64,000 nucleotides of DNA from Bacteroidia bacterium (lineage in GTDB: Bacteria; Bacteroidota; Bacteroidia; UBA4408): the NCBI GenBank assembly GCA_035439485.1, contig DAORKI010000001.1, positions 67,893 through 131,892 of the forward strand. The letters run 5' to 3'. The translations under genes were made by a program, and so were the position numbers. Positions within the stretch are counted from its first letter, which is position 1. Each line of letters starts with the position of its first letter. Positions 49,345 through 58,709 of this stretch are shown here, piece by piece. The notes beneath the pieces are model-generated. The model made no database searches, was not told the DNA's origin, and saw nothing but the letters and a program-made list of their open reading frames with translations.

Positions 49345-52300
49345 CTAAACTCTAACTCCAATAATCAAAATATCATCAACTTGCTCGTTTGAGTCGCCCA
49401 TCCATGAGCGATAATAACCATTAATGGATTTTCCTTGTTGTTCCATTGTTTGACCTTGAATATCGAAAAGTAATTGTCGCAAACCCTTGGTGGTTAATTT
49501 TTTGTTTTTCGGACCACCAAATTGATCGGGGGCACCATCAGTAAATAAATAAAAAGTATCACCAGAATTGAGTTGAATTTCAGTTTCTTCAAATTCTTGA
49601 TTCATGTGAGTATGTCCAGCAATGCCTGCCTTTGTTGGTTTAATTATTTCAACTTCTTCTAATGAGCAGCCTTTTCTATAAATCCATAAAGGACGATTAG
49701 CACCAGCAAAGGTTAGGATATTAGTATAACTATCAAAAAAACAAAGCGCCAATTCCATTCCATCTTTTGACTGAGTGGTGCCTTCCTCTTGCTTAAGCGA
49801 ATCTTTAATTTGCTTGTTCATAAATGATAAAATATGAGCAGGAGTCAAGTCAGCAATTTCGGCAACTGATTGATTTAATTTTTCGCTACCAATCATACTC
49901 ATGAAAGCGCCTGGTACTCCATGTCCTGTGCAATCAGCAGCCACAATTATGTGTTGGTCAAAACCAGCAATTGCTTTTTTATGATCACCTGCCAAACTAA
50001 ACCAATAAAAATCGCCACTTACTATATTTCTGGGTTTAAAAAGTATAAATGAATCTTTAAATGTTTTATTAAAGCTTTTTACATCAGGTAAAATGCTTTG
50101 TTGAATTACTTTAGCATAATTAATACTATCAGTAATTTCAAGGTTAGCATCACGCAATTTGTCACGTTCTTCCCATAATTCATGTGTTCTTTCTTTTACA
50201 GTTTTATCAAGTAAATCGTTAATTGCCCTTAGCCTTTTTGTGTTGAATTTAATAAGGATGTAAATTAAAATTACTGTGAGTATGATATATGAAATATAAG
50301 CAAGTGTTGTTCTATACCAAGGCGGTGCTATGGTGAAAGAAATTCTCTTTATATCAGAAACATTATCAAAAATGTCTTTCGCCTTTACTTCAATGGTATA
50401 TGCTCCTTCAGGAAGATAATTGTAATCTTTAGTCCTTAAATATGTCCAATCACTAAAGTTGTTTTCCATAGGAAGCAATCGAGATGAAAACATAATATTA
50501 TCCATACCGGAATAGTTAGCAACAGAAAAAGTAAACTTAATAGCATTTAACTCAAAGGGAAGTTTATGTTTTAACTCATTTGGAATATTTCCTCTTAACA
50601 CAGTATAGGAAGAATCGTTTTTGAGCGTAATTTTTTTGATGAAAACAGGAAACTGATTTTTGTAATGAATATCTAAGTTTGTGTTGTATTTCAGTAATCC
50701 TTCATTAGTAGCTATCCATAAATTGCCTTTGCTATCTTCACAAATGCCATTTTTTTGAATATTTTGATATTGGTTAAATAACAAATTTTCGAAATTTTCA
50801 GGCTTGCTGTCCGCAATTTTAGCTACGATACCACTTAAGTATTGGTTGTCATAGGCCAACCAAATATTTTCTTTTTTATCTGAATAAGCTCTAAATATGT
50901 AATTACTTTTTGACTGAAATTTTTTTGGAAATAACTCAGTATATTTAAAGGATATATTATTGTTTTGGTCAACTATTTCATAAAAGCTATTAAAACATAA
51001 GAAAACTTTATTCTTGTGTTTAAAAACAAAGTTTTCTGATTTTATCTCAATTGGGATATTGATGGTTACTAAGTCAAATTTTATATTAGTTTCCGAGGAA
51101 GGATTAATTTTTATCAATGCCTTATTATCGCCTGAAACCCAAACTATTCCATTTTCATCTTCTACAATTGACCTAAATTGAGAGGCATGCTCAAACTCAG
51201 CTATTAAATTATATTGTTTGTTTTCAAATTTATATATGGTAATTAGATTTTTTCCAGCAGCGAATAGAAGTTTTGCATTTTTATTATATTGGTAAGCCTT
51301 ATTAAACTCTATGCCTTCTTCTATTGGGATGGTGTTTTTTCCTCTTATTGCAGTTAGGCCTATATTTGTACAAACTATAATATCTTTTATTTCATTGGTA
51401 TTAAACTCTGTTACAGATATGATTGGCATATGAAAACTGGGGTGAAGTTTAAAAGTTAATCCTTCTTTGTTTTCATTTCCTTCATAAAGTCCTAAATCAC
51501 TACTGATAAATAGGTTGTTGTCAATAATATTAACACTGTTAATTACACCAGCTAAGTCTTGGATTGAGTTATACTGCCTTATTGGTGTATGGTAATCTAT
51601 CATTGAAATACCTTTGTTAGTTACAGCCCATAAGTTTTTATCTTTGTCTTCTCGAACATACCAAACCCGGTCAGAAAGTAAACCTTTTTCCTTGCTGAAA
51701 TGCTCTAGAATATTTCCTTTTTGATCAGTAATATAAATGCCATCATTTTTAGTGGCAAAACAAAAATGATTATTACTTAATAATGTACCGTGGTAAAGTT
51801 CACCAAAAACAAAAAGCGAACTCACAGGAAATTTGATAGGATTTACTATACATTTTTGAGGATTATTTTTTGGATCCCATATCATTTCAAAAAATCCATC
51901 CTTTCGAGTACCAATTAAAATTTTGTGGTCGATTTCTTGAACAAAATCTACCATAACATCTTTAAAAATTTCAGAACCTTTTATAAAGTTCAATTGATTA
52001 TTAGCATAATAGGAAAAGCCACCTTCAAATTCACGTACTAAATAATTATTTTGAACTTGAAAACATTTGTGAATTCCGCTCCCTACACTTGGTTTTAAAA
52101 TAGAAATTTTATCATTTTCATATACATAAACCTGCTCTCTAGAAGAAAAGAAAATATTTTTTCCTACACATTGGATAGTCCATATTTCATTAAAAGTTCT
52201 ATAATCTTTAGGGATTTTGTTGATGAATGATATAAATTTTACTTTCCCAAATTCATTTTGTTTTATCATACCAAAATCACCGTCAGCTCCATAATATATA

Positions 52301-52575
52301 TTACCGACTTCATCAACAGATAATGAGTAAATCATACTTTCAAAAAGTACCAAATCAAAATCTAAACCATCAAAAATTAAAAGCCCAGCATTGTTTCCAA
52401 TATAAATTAACCCCAGCGAATCTTGCACAATACACCAGTTTTGATTGTGTGCTTTGTACTGTTTTGATGTAAAATTAGTGATGTGTGGTAAACCATTTTC
52501 TTTAAGTGTTGTTTGGGCTTTTGCTGTATAAGAGCAAGCAAAAAACAAACATAGCAGAGTTATGTATTTATACAT
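49345..52575 (-). CDS. Transmembrane sensor with periplasmic two-component-regulator propeller repeats and Y_Y_Y domain, a single TM helix and a cytoplasmic PP2C/SpoIIE-type Ser/Thr phosphatase domain.
   Basis: ATG at 52575 (MYKYITLLCLFFACSYTAKAQ signal). Propeller repeats of ~45 aa. Y_Y_Y-like beta-sandwich before the TM helix AYISYIILTVILIYILI. A coiled-coil. The C-terminal PP2C motifs (SGDFYWFS...VAADCTGHGVPGAFMSMIG...FTDGAPDQFG). Confidence 0.75.
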   Translation of the reverse strand: MYKYITLLCLFFACSYTAKAQTTLKENGLPHITNFTSKQYKAHNQNWCIVQDSLGLIYIGNNAGLLIFDGLDFDLVLFESMIYSLSVDEVGNIYYGADGDFGMIKQNEFGKVKFISFINKIPKDYRTFNEIWTIQCVGKNIFFSSREQVYVYENDKISILKPSVGSGIHKCFQVQNNYLVREFEGGFSYYANNQLNFIKGSEIFKDVMVDFVQEIDHKILIGTRKDGFFEMIWDPKNNPQKCIVNPIKFPVSSLFVFGELYHGTLLSNNHFCFATKNDGIYITDQKGNILEHFSKEKGLLSDRVWYVREDKDKNLWAVTNKGISMIDYHTPIRQYNSIQDLAGVINSVNIIDNNLFISSDLGLYEGNENKEGLTFKLHPSFHMPIISVTEFNTNEIKDIIVCTNIGLTAIRGKNTIPIEEGIEFNKAYQYNKNAKLLFAAGKNLITIYKFENKQYNLIAEFEHASQFRSIVEDENGIVWVSGDNKALIKINPSSETNIKFDLVTINIPIEIKSENFVFKHKNKVFLCFNSFYEIVDQNNNISFKYTELFPKKFQSKSNYIFRAYSDKKENIWLAYDNQYLSGIVAKIADSKPENFENLLFNQYQNIQKNGICEDSKGNLWIATNEGLLKYNTNLDIHYKNQFPVFIKKITLKNDSSYTVLRGNIPNELKHKLPFELNAIKFTFSVANYSGMDNIMFSSRLLPMENNFSDWTYLRTKDYNYLPEGAYTIEVKAKDIFDNVSDIKRISFTIAPPWYRTTLAYISYIILTVILIYILIKFNTKRLRAINDLLDKTVKERTHELWEERDKLRDANLEITDSINYAKVIQQSILPDVKSFNKTFKDSFILFKPRNIVSGDFYWFSLAGDHKKAIAGFDQHIIVAADCTGHGVPGAFMSMIGSEKLNQSVAEIADLTPAHILSFMNKQIKDSLKQEEGTTQSKDGMELALCFFDSYTNILTFAGANRPLWIYRKGCSLEEVEIIKPTKAGIAGHTHMNQEFEETEIQLNSGDTFYLFTDGAPDQFGGPKNKKLTTKGLRQLLFDIQGQTMEQQGKSINGYYRSWMGDSNEQVDDILIIGVRV

Positions 52576-52665
52576 GAAATTATGCCTGCCAAATGGGTTC
52601 AACGTGCTAAAAATTGATTTACTTAATAAAACTTCACGAATATATTATTTAAACTTATTTATTCC

Positions 52666-52673
52666 TATATTTG
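52666..52673 (+). promoter_or_regulatory. Candidate -7 element TAnnTTTG upstream of the giant T9SS protein gene.
   Basis: TATATTTG lies 25 nt upstream of the ATG at 52698, in the 120-bp divergent region shared with the sensor-PP2C gene. Confidence 0.3.
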
Positions 52674-52697
52674 TCGATAAATAGCATAAAAAAACTC

Positions 52698-55600
52698 ATG
52701 AAATCTATACTAATTAATTTGATTATTCTTATCATTATTATTCCTTTTTCGGCATTTTCCCAATCCAAAATTTGGGGTATTACGAACCAAGGGGGTAGCA
52801 GTACTATTGGCACAATTTATAATACAAATAACGATGGAACCAATCAAGCTTTGTTAAATGAGTTTACAGCAAATTATCCAGGGAGTAAGCCTCAAGGAGA
52901 TTTAATAGAAATTAGTAATAAACTTTATGGCCTTACAAAAGATGGTGGAAGTTCCAATGCAGGAGTTTTGTTTAGCTACGATTTAATTTCAAACCAATAT
53001 GCATTGCTGTACAGCTTCGATGGCTCATTAAATGGAGCTAATCCTACTGGTGGTTTGATGCTTGCTAATAATGGTTTGTTGTATGGTGTGACATCAAAAG
53101 GTGGGTTGAACAATGGTGGCATTATATTTTCATTTAATACTACAACGAGTACCTTTGTAAAATTATATGATTTTACTTTTGCATCAGGTATTGAACCTGA
53201 CGGAGGCTTAGTGGAACAAACCAATGGAGAATTATTTGGAGTTACATACAGAGGCGGGGTAAACGATAAAGGGGTAATTTTTAAATTTACCATAGCAGGT
53301 AATTCTTACCAAAATTTATTTAACTTCAATGCCCTCAATGGAGAGAATCCAAGAGGTAGTTTGGTTGTTACACCTAATGGTTATTTAATGGGATTAACCA
53401 CAAATGGTGGAGTAAACAGCAAGGGTGTTGTATATGGTTATAGGGTAAGTTCAGGAATATTTACCAAACATATTGATTTAAGCTCCTTGAGTGGTGGAAA
53501 CCCTGAAGGGAGTTTAATTTATCATCCTATTACAGCAAAGTGTTATGGCTTAGCGGCTCAAGATGGTGTTAATGGACAAGGAACTATGTTTGAATTAGAT
53601 ACCAATGGTACATCTTTTTTGAAGCTTTATGATTTTCAACAATTAACAGGAGGGCATCCCAAAGGTAAACTATCACTTGCATCTGGAAATAAATTTGCTG
53701 GTAATACTTATGATGGAGGTCCAGCCAATTATGGTACTGTATTTACTATTGGTTTAAATGGGGCAAATTATAACGCAGGCGGCATTTATGATTTTTTTGG
53801 AGTTGGTGCAAATCCATTTGGAGGATTATTATTATCATCAAGCCAAGGTAAGTATTACAGTTTAACAAGCAGCGGGGGAAACACATCTAACGGCATGTTA
53901 GTGAGTATAGATACGGCTACCTTAACCATTACATCAGTCTTTTCATTCAATGACGCAGGAATTGATGGAGGCTTTCCTGTTGGAGGCATTATGAAAGCAA
54001 GCAATGGAAGGGTGTACGGAACAGCCAGCAAAGGAGGTACGAATGGAAAGGGTATAGCTTTTCAGTTAGATGCTAATGGCAATAGCTTTGTTAAAATTGC
54101 AGAATTTAATGGAACAACTGGCTCTGATCCACGTGGCAACTTAATTGAAGTTAGTACTGGAAAATTTATTGGAATGACTTTCGATGGTGGTACTTTTAAT
54201 TTTGGATCTATATATGAAATTGATGCTTCACTTCCATTCCCTTCAACTCCTATTCAAAAATTAGCATTAAGCAGTGGTTTGGGAACTTATCCAAGAGGAG
54301 GATTAATCAAAGCAAATAATGGTAAATTTTATGGACTAACTTCCGCTGGTGGAGTTAATAATGATGGCGTTTTGTTTGAATATAATCCACTAACAAACAA
54401 TTATATTAAACGACATGAGTTTTCTTCCTTCACAAGTGGTAGCGCTCCTGTGGGGAACTTAGTTCAAGCTGCTAATGGCAACTTATATGGGTTTACATCA
54501 GCTGGAGGTGCTAATGGTGGAGGCGTTATTTTTAAATATAATCCTACTGATTCTTCCTTTACCAAAGTATACGATTTTTCAGCAGGTACCGGAATATCTC
54601 CTGAAGGAAGCTTGATGTATGAATTTTCAAGTAATTTTTTGTATGGAATGACTAAATTAGGCGGTGTTAACTCAAAAGGAGTTGTTTTTAATTTTAATCC
54701 TTTGACTAATGCTTACTTTCCTATTTTTCATTTTGGAGGATTAAATGGTGAATACCCAGTAGGAAAATTAATAAAATCTGATAATAGTAAATTGTATGGA
54801 ACAACAGAGTTTGGCGGTACAAATGACCAAGGGGTGTTTTTTGAGATAGCCAGCGGAAATATTTACGCTAAGATATTTGATTTTAATTCAATCAATGGGT
54901 CTAAAGCGCAATCGGAATTGTTGTTGATGAATTGCGATGCACCAGTGATTACATCGCAACCAAGTAGCATTAATTCATGTCCGAATAACAATGTAAGTTT
55001 TACAGTTAGTGCAACCGGAGCTCTTAATTACAATTGGTATAAAAATGGAGTTGTTATCCCAACAGCGAGCACTTCAACTTTAAATTTAAGTAATGTTACT
55101 GTTGCCGATAATGGAATTTACCACTGTGTAATTAATAATAACTGCGGTTTTGTAATTACTCAATTTGTTAAGCTGACCATAGTAAGTAAACCAGCATCTA
55201 ACATCACAGTTTTTGGCCCTTCAGCCTTTTGTGATGGCAATTTTAATACAGAATTAAGTACAGTGTTTAACCCACTTTACAGTTATCAATGGAATCTTAA
55301 TGGAAATCCAATTGTAGGGGCAAACTCTAATATAATTAATCCAACTCAAACAGGAAACTATACTTTAACGGTGAGCAGTGGAGTTGGTTGTGATAGTACT
55401 TCATTACCACAAACCATTACTGTTGTAGCCAATGTTGCTGGTACTCCATCTGTCACTATTACTCCTAACACGGATTTAATATGTGGCATTACAAGTCTTA
55501 ATTTTACTTCTGATACCTCTATAGTTGGTATTAATCCTTATTGCGAATGGAAGAAAAATGGTATAGTTGTGGCTAACGGGGTTAATACACTCAGTTATTC

Positions 55601-57617
55601 AGGTTCGGTTCAAAACAACGATCAAATTACGCTCGAAATTATTCCAAATTTATGCCCTAGTGATGTGGTTATTTCTAATACAGTTTATATTATTGACACA
55701 TGTGCAGCCTTAACAATAAACATTGATTCTTTATCATCAAATAGTTTTTGTGCTGGGCAAACAGCAAGTGTTTATTATCATGCAAGTAGTAATTTTTTAA
55801 ATGGAAATGTGCTCTCTGTACAACTTTCAGACGCCAATGGAAGTTTTACTAATCCAACAATAATAGGCACCTTATCGAGTGTTTTATACCAAGGCAGCAT
55901 TAATGTAGTGATCCCTGCAACTGCAAATGGAACAGGTTATAGAATGCGAGTTAACGCATCACTGCCATTGAATACAGGCATCGATAATGGGATTAATTTA
56001 TATATTGCTCCTCAAAATTTTAATATGAGTTATGTGGTTAGTCCGGGTGCTCCACTTACAGTTCAGCCATTTAGTGCAACTTTTCAAAACAATACACCTA
56101 ATGCATCTTTATATAATTTTGATTGGCATTTTGGAGATGGAACTTTTTTATATAATGCCCCATTAAATTATACACATACCTATTTATATAACGGTGTTTA
56201 TCAAACCGCATTGGTTGCTACTGACATAGTATCGGGTTGTACTGATACACTTTACGATCAAAATAATAGTAATCATAAGGTAATTTGCAATGACCCAAGT
56301 ATAAACAATTGTACACAAATCGTAAATATTACACCTAATGGCCTAGTAAACTCTTGTGCTGGAGGTCATGTGCTATTAGCATGCAATCAAGCTCCTAATT
56401 ATAGTTATCAATGGAGTAGGAATGGGGTTTTGTTACCAGGCGAAAATACCTTTCAGTTAAATGTTACATTAGCAGGCTTTTACACTGCAACTGTTTTCTT
56501 AAATGGAGCATGCCCAGTGACCTCAAATCCGGTTCAAGTTAATTTTAATAATCCAGCTCCCAATCCACCTACAATTTCACTCACAGGAGGTTCTGCTTCA
56601 AATTGTGGAACTAATAATGGAATATTAACTGCGAATGGATCGTTTTCATCTTACATTTGGAGTACAGGTGAAAGTGGAAATTCAATTAATATTAATTCGG
56701 CTGGAACTTATACGGTTATTGGACAAGGTGCGCAAGGTTGCGATGCAGTTTCAGCCCCATTTGTAGTTAATGGTCAAGCAATACCTATCCCTGAAATTTG
56801 CACAGTTACTGCAACTGAAGATGATTCGCATCATTTAGTGATTTTTTACAAGCCACAAAGTGCAGTGATTGATTCATTTATTATAATGAAAGATAGTTTA
56901 AACAATGGAAATTATACCAGAGCTGGGGCTTTAAGCTATATTGAATTGAGTGAATACGAAGACCCAAATAGTAATCCACAATTGGTGGCATCAACTTATA
57001 TGGTAATTGCTAAAGATACTTGTGGAGGTTTGTCAGTGCCAAGTGCACCAGTACGTCCAATATTTTTACAAGTGCAGGCTAATATTGGAATTCAAAGGTG
57101 GTTGAATTGGAATCAATACATCAGTCAAACCCAAAACATTCAAACCTATGTAATCTATAGAGGCATTGATTTGTTAAATCTTGATTCAATTACAAGTATT
57201 AGTGCACCAGCAAATGGCTATTTGGATAGTCCTCCAGGTATTAACTTTGTTTATCGTGTAGAAGCCATTTTGCAAAACGAATGTGAAGGTACTAGAGCTG
57301 CACGTAGAGGCAGTATTTCTAATGGAAATGGAAATTTAGCACCAAGTAATCCTGATGGAATCCATCAATTGAATCAAGAAGTTTTTAATTTTGAACTATA
57401 CCCAAATCCCAACAATGGTCTGTTTACTTTAGTATTAGCCAATAATAAACCTGCGGAAGTTAATATTTACGATATCACTGGTAAACTGCTTATGCAAGAA
57501 AAGCTTATAGCCAAAATTAACAATGTGAATATGCAAGGTTTAAGCAAAGGAACATACTTGATTAAGGTCACCGATAACAGCGGTTATTCTAAACAACAAT
57601 TGGTTTTGGTAAATTAA
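52698..57617 (+). CDS. Giant secreted surface protein of about 1640 aa. It has about 16 tandem ~48-aa Gly/Val-rich propeller-type repeats (resembling the GloVer tandem repeat), Ig-like/PKD-like domains, an FN3-like domain and a T9SS type A C-terminal domain.
   Basis: Signal peptide MKSILINLIILIIIIPFSAFSQ. Repeats of the form G.nP.G.L...NG.LYG.T..GG.N..GviF.f......f..LydF. Cys-containing Ig-like modules (TFC.G....L). PKD-like WHFGDGT motif. The C-terminal Por secretion tail (YPNPNNGLFTLVLANNKPAEVNIYDITGKLL...GTYLIKVTDNSGYSKQQLVLVN). Confidence 0.8.
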   Translation: MKSILINLIILIIIIPFSAFSQSKIWGITNQGGSSTIGTIYNTNNDGTNQALLNEFTANYPGSKPQGDLIEISNKLYGLTKDGGSSNAGVLFSYDLISNQYALLYSFDGSLNGANPTGGLMLANNGLLYGVTSKGGLNNGGIIFSFNTTTSTFVKLYDFTFASGIEPDGGLVEQTNGELFGVTYRGGVNDKGVIFKFTIAGNSYQNLFNFNALNGENPRGSLVVTPNGYLMGLTTNGGVNSKGVVYGYRVSSGIFTKHIDLSSLSGGNPEGSLIYHPITAKCYGLAAQDGVNGQGTMFELDTNGTSFLKLYDFQQLTGGHPKGKLSLASGNKFAGNTYDGGPANYGTVFTIGLNGANYNAGGIYDFFGVGANPFGGLLLSSSQGKYYSLTSSGGNTSNGMLVSIDTATLTITSVFSFNDAGIDGGFPVGGIMKASNGRVYGTASKGGTNGKGIAFQLDANGNSFVKIAEFNGTTGSDPRGNLIEVSTGKFIGMTFDGGTFNFGSIYEIDASLPFPSTPIQKLALSSGLGTYPRGGLIKANNGKFYGLTSAGGVNNDGVLFEYNPLTNNYIKRHEFSSFTSGSAPVGNLVQAANGNLYGFTSAGGANGGGVIFKYNPTDSSFTKVYDFSAGTGISPEGSLMYEFSSNFLYGMTKLGGVNSKGVVFNFNPLTNAYFPIFHFGGLNGEYPVGKLIKSDNSKLYGTTEFGGTNDQGVFFEIASGNIYAKIFDFNSINGSKAQSELLLMNCDAPVITSQPSSINSCPNNNVSFTVSATGALNYNWYKNGVVIPTASTSTLNLSNVTVADNGIYHCVINNNCGFVITQFVKLTIVSKPASNITVFGPSAFCDGNFNTELSTVFNPLYSYQWNLNGNPIVGANSNIINPTQTGNYTLTVSSGVGCDSTSLPQTITVVANVAGTPSVTITPNTDLICGITSLNFTSDTSIVGINPYCEWKKNGIVVANGVNTLSYSGSVQNNDQITLEIIPNLCPSDVVISNTVYIIDTCAALTINIDSLSSNSFCAGQTASVYYHASSNFLNGNVLSVQLSDANGSFTNPTIIGTLSSVLYQGSINVVIPATANGTGYRMRVNASLPLNTGIDNGINLYIAPQNFNMSYVVSPGAPLTVQPFSATFQNNTPNASLYNFDWHFGDGTFLYNAPLNYTHTYLYNGVYQTALVATDIVSGCTDTLYDQNNSNHKVICNDPSINNCTQIVNITPNGLVNSCAGGHVLLACNQAPNYSYQWSRNGVLLPGENTFQLNVTLAGFYTATVFLNGACPVTSNPVQVNFNNPAPNPPTISLTGGSASNCGTNNGILTANGSFSSYIWSTGESGNSININSAGTYTVIGQGAQGCDAVSAPFVVNGQAIPIPEICTVTATEDDSHHLVIFYKPQSAVIDSFIIMKDSLNNGNYTRAGALSYIELSEYEDPNSNPQLVASTYMVIAKDTCGGLSVPSAPVRPIFLQVQANIGIQRWLNWNQYISQTQNIQTYVIYRGIDLLNLDSITSISAPANGYLDSPPGINFVYRVEAILQNECEGTRAARRGSISNGNGNLAPSNPDGIHQLNQEVFNFELYPNPNNGLFTLVLANNKPAEVNIYDITGKLLMQEKLIAKINNVNMQGLSKGTYLIKVTDNSGYSKQQLVLVN

Positions 57618-57788
57618 AAATTTCAAAATTGCACAATACTATCACTTTAGAATTTAATTGTAAATTAGGTGATTGAAGTGAGTTTTGCTAAATCAAGAAA
57701 AACATCAAAAAAATTTTTGTTTGTAAGATAATTTCATATATTTGACCTATAAAAAGGCTAAATATTTATATAAATCTTATTTGACAAA

Positions 57789-58592
57789 ATGAAAAAGAAC
57801 TCGATTTCCACCGTTTTAGGTTTCATTGTTTTTTTAACAATGAATAGTATTGTTTTTAATTCCAAAGCTCAAACTGCTAATAACAGTTCAGCTGCCGTGG
57901 CTACACCTGTACCTGCACAGCCTAGCAATGTTCAAACTGCAAAGCCAATGAGTGAAGAAGAAAGAAAAGCGCAAGGAGAGAAAATGAAGGCAGACAGAGA
58001 AATGAACATGAAAATGGGGCAACTCAATAAAGAAATACAAGAAGCTGAAAAGGCAGGCAAAGCCGATTCTCCTGAAATAGTTGCAAAAAAAGCTGAATTA
58101 AAGAAGTTGCAGGATGAGAGAAGAGAAAAAATGATGAAAGAGCGTGCTGCAAATCCTCCGGCAGGCCAGCAAGAAATGATTAAAATTAATCAACTTAACA
58201 AAGAAATACAGGAAGCTGAAAAAGCCGGAAAAGCTGATGCGCCTGAAACCGTTGCCAAGAAAGCAGAGGTCAAAAAATTGCAAGAAGAACGTAATAAAAA
58301 ACTAATGGCCGAGAGGGAGAAAATGATGAAAGAGCGCCCAATGCCAACTCCTGAAGAAATAGAGGCCAACAAAAAAATGGGACAGCTCAATAAAGAAATT
58401 AAAGATGCCGAAAAAGAAGGCAAAGGCGACACTCCTGAAATTATAGCGAAAAAAGCAGAATTAAAAAAAATGCAAGATGCTCGCATTGAAAAAATGAAAG
58501 CTGATAGAGAGAAAAAAATGAAAGAGCAGCAACAAGTTCAATCTAAACCAAGTGAGGCAAAGCCTTCCACAGTAGAAACACCAAAAAAGTAG
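57789..58592 (+). CDS. Secreted Lys/Glu-rich coiled-coil protein with three tandem ~58-aa repeats.
   Basis: Signal peptide (FLTMNSIVFNSKAQ). Repeats of QLNKEIQEAEKAGKAD.PE.VAKKAE.KKLQ.ER..K.M.ER. Extreme charge, predicted helical. No known domain. Confidence 0.6.
   Translation: MKKNSISTVLGFIVFLTMNSIVFNSKAQTANNSSAAVATPVPAQPSNVQTAKPMSEEERKAQGEKMKADREMNMKMGQLNKEIQEAEKAGKADSPEIVAKKAELKKLQDERREKMMKERAANPPAGQQEMIKINQLNKEIQEAEKAGKADAPETVAKKAEVKKLQEERNKKLMAEREKMMKERPMPTPEEIEANKKMGQLNKEIKDAEKEGKGDTPEIIAKKAELKKMQDARIEKMKADREKKMKEQQQVQSKPSEAKPSTVETPKK
58015..58500 (+). repeat. Three imperfect tandem DNA repeats (~175-190 bp each) encoding the Lys/Glu-rich protein repeats.
   Basis: Copies start near 58021 (caactcaataaagaaatacaagaagctgaaaaggcaggcaaagccgat), 58192 (caacttaacaaagaaatacaggaagctgaaaaagccggaaaagctgat) and 58384 (cagctcaataaagaaattaaagatgccgaaaaagaaggcaaaggcgac). 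Confidence 0.7.
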
Positions 58593-58604
58593 TTAATTTT
58601 AAAC

Positions 58605-58643
58605 ATCAGGTTGCAACCATTTTACATGTATTTGCAACCTGAT
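58605..58643 (+). terminator. Perfect 12-bp inverted repeat hairpin downstream of the Lys/Glu-rich gene; candidate terminator.
   Basis: ATCAGGTTGCAA (58605-58616), a 15-nt loop, then TTGCAACCTGAT (58632-58643), followed by the T-rich TGTTGTTTAATTTT. Confidence 0.5.
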
Positions 58644-58668
58644 TGTTGTTTAATTTTAGGCTTTTCAA

Positions 58669-58676
58669 TTAGGTTT
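58669..58676 (+). promoter_or_regulatory. Candidate -7 element TAnnTTTG for LRR protein gene 1.
   Basis: TAGGTTTG lies 34 nt upstream of the ATG at 58710. Confidence 0.35.
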
Positions 58677-58709
58677 GCCTACATTTTAACGCTAAAGCTA
58701 ATATCATTC

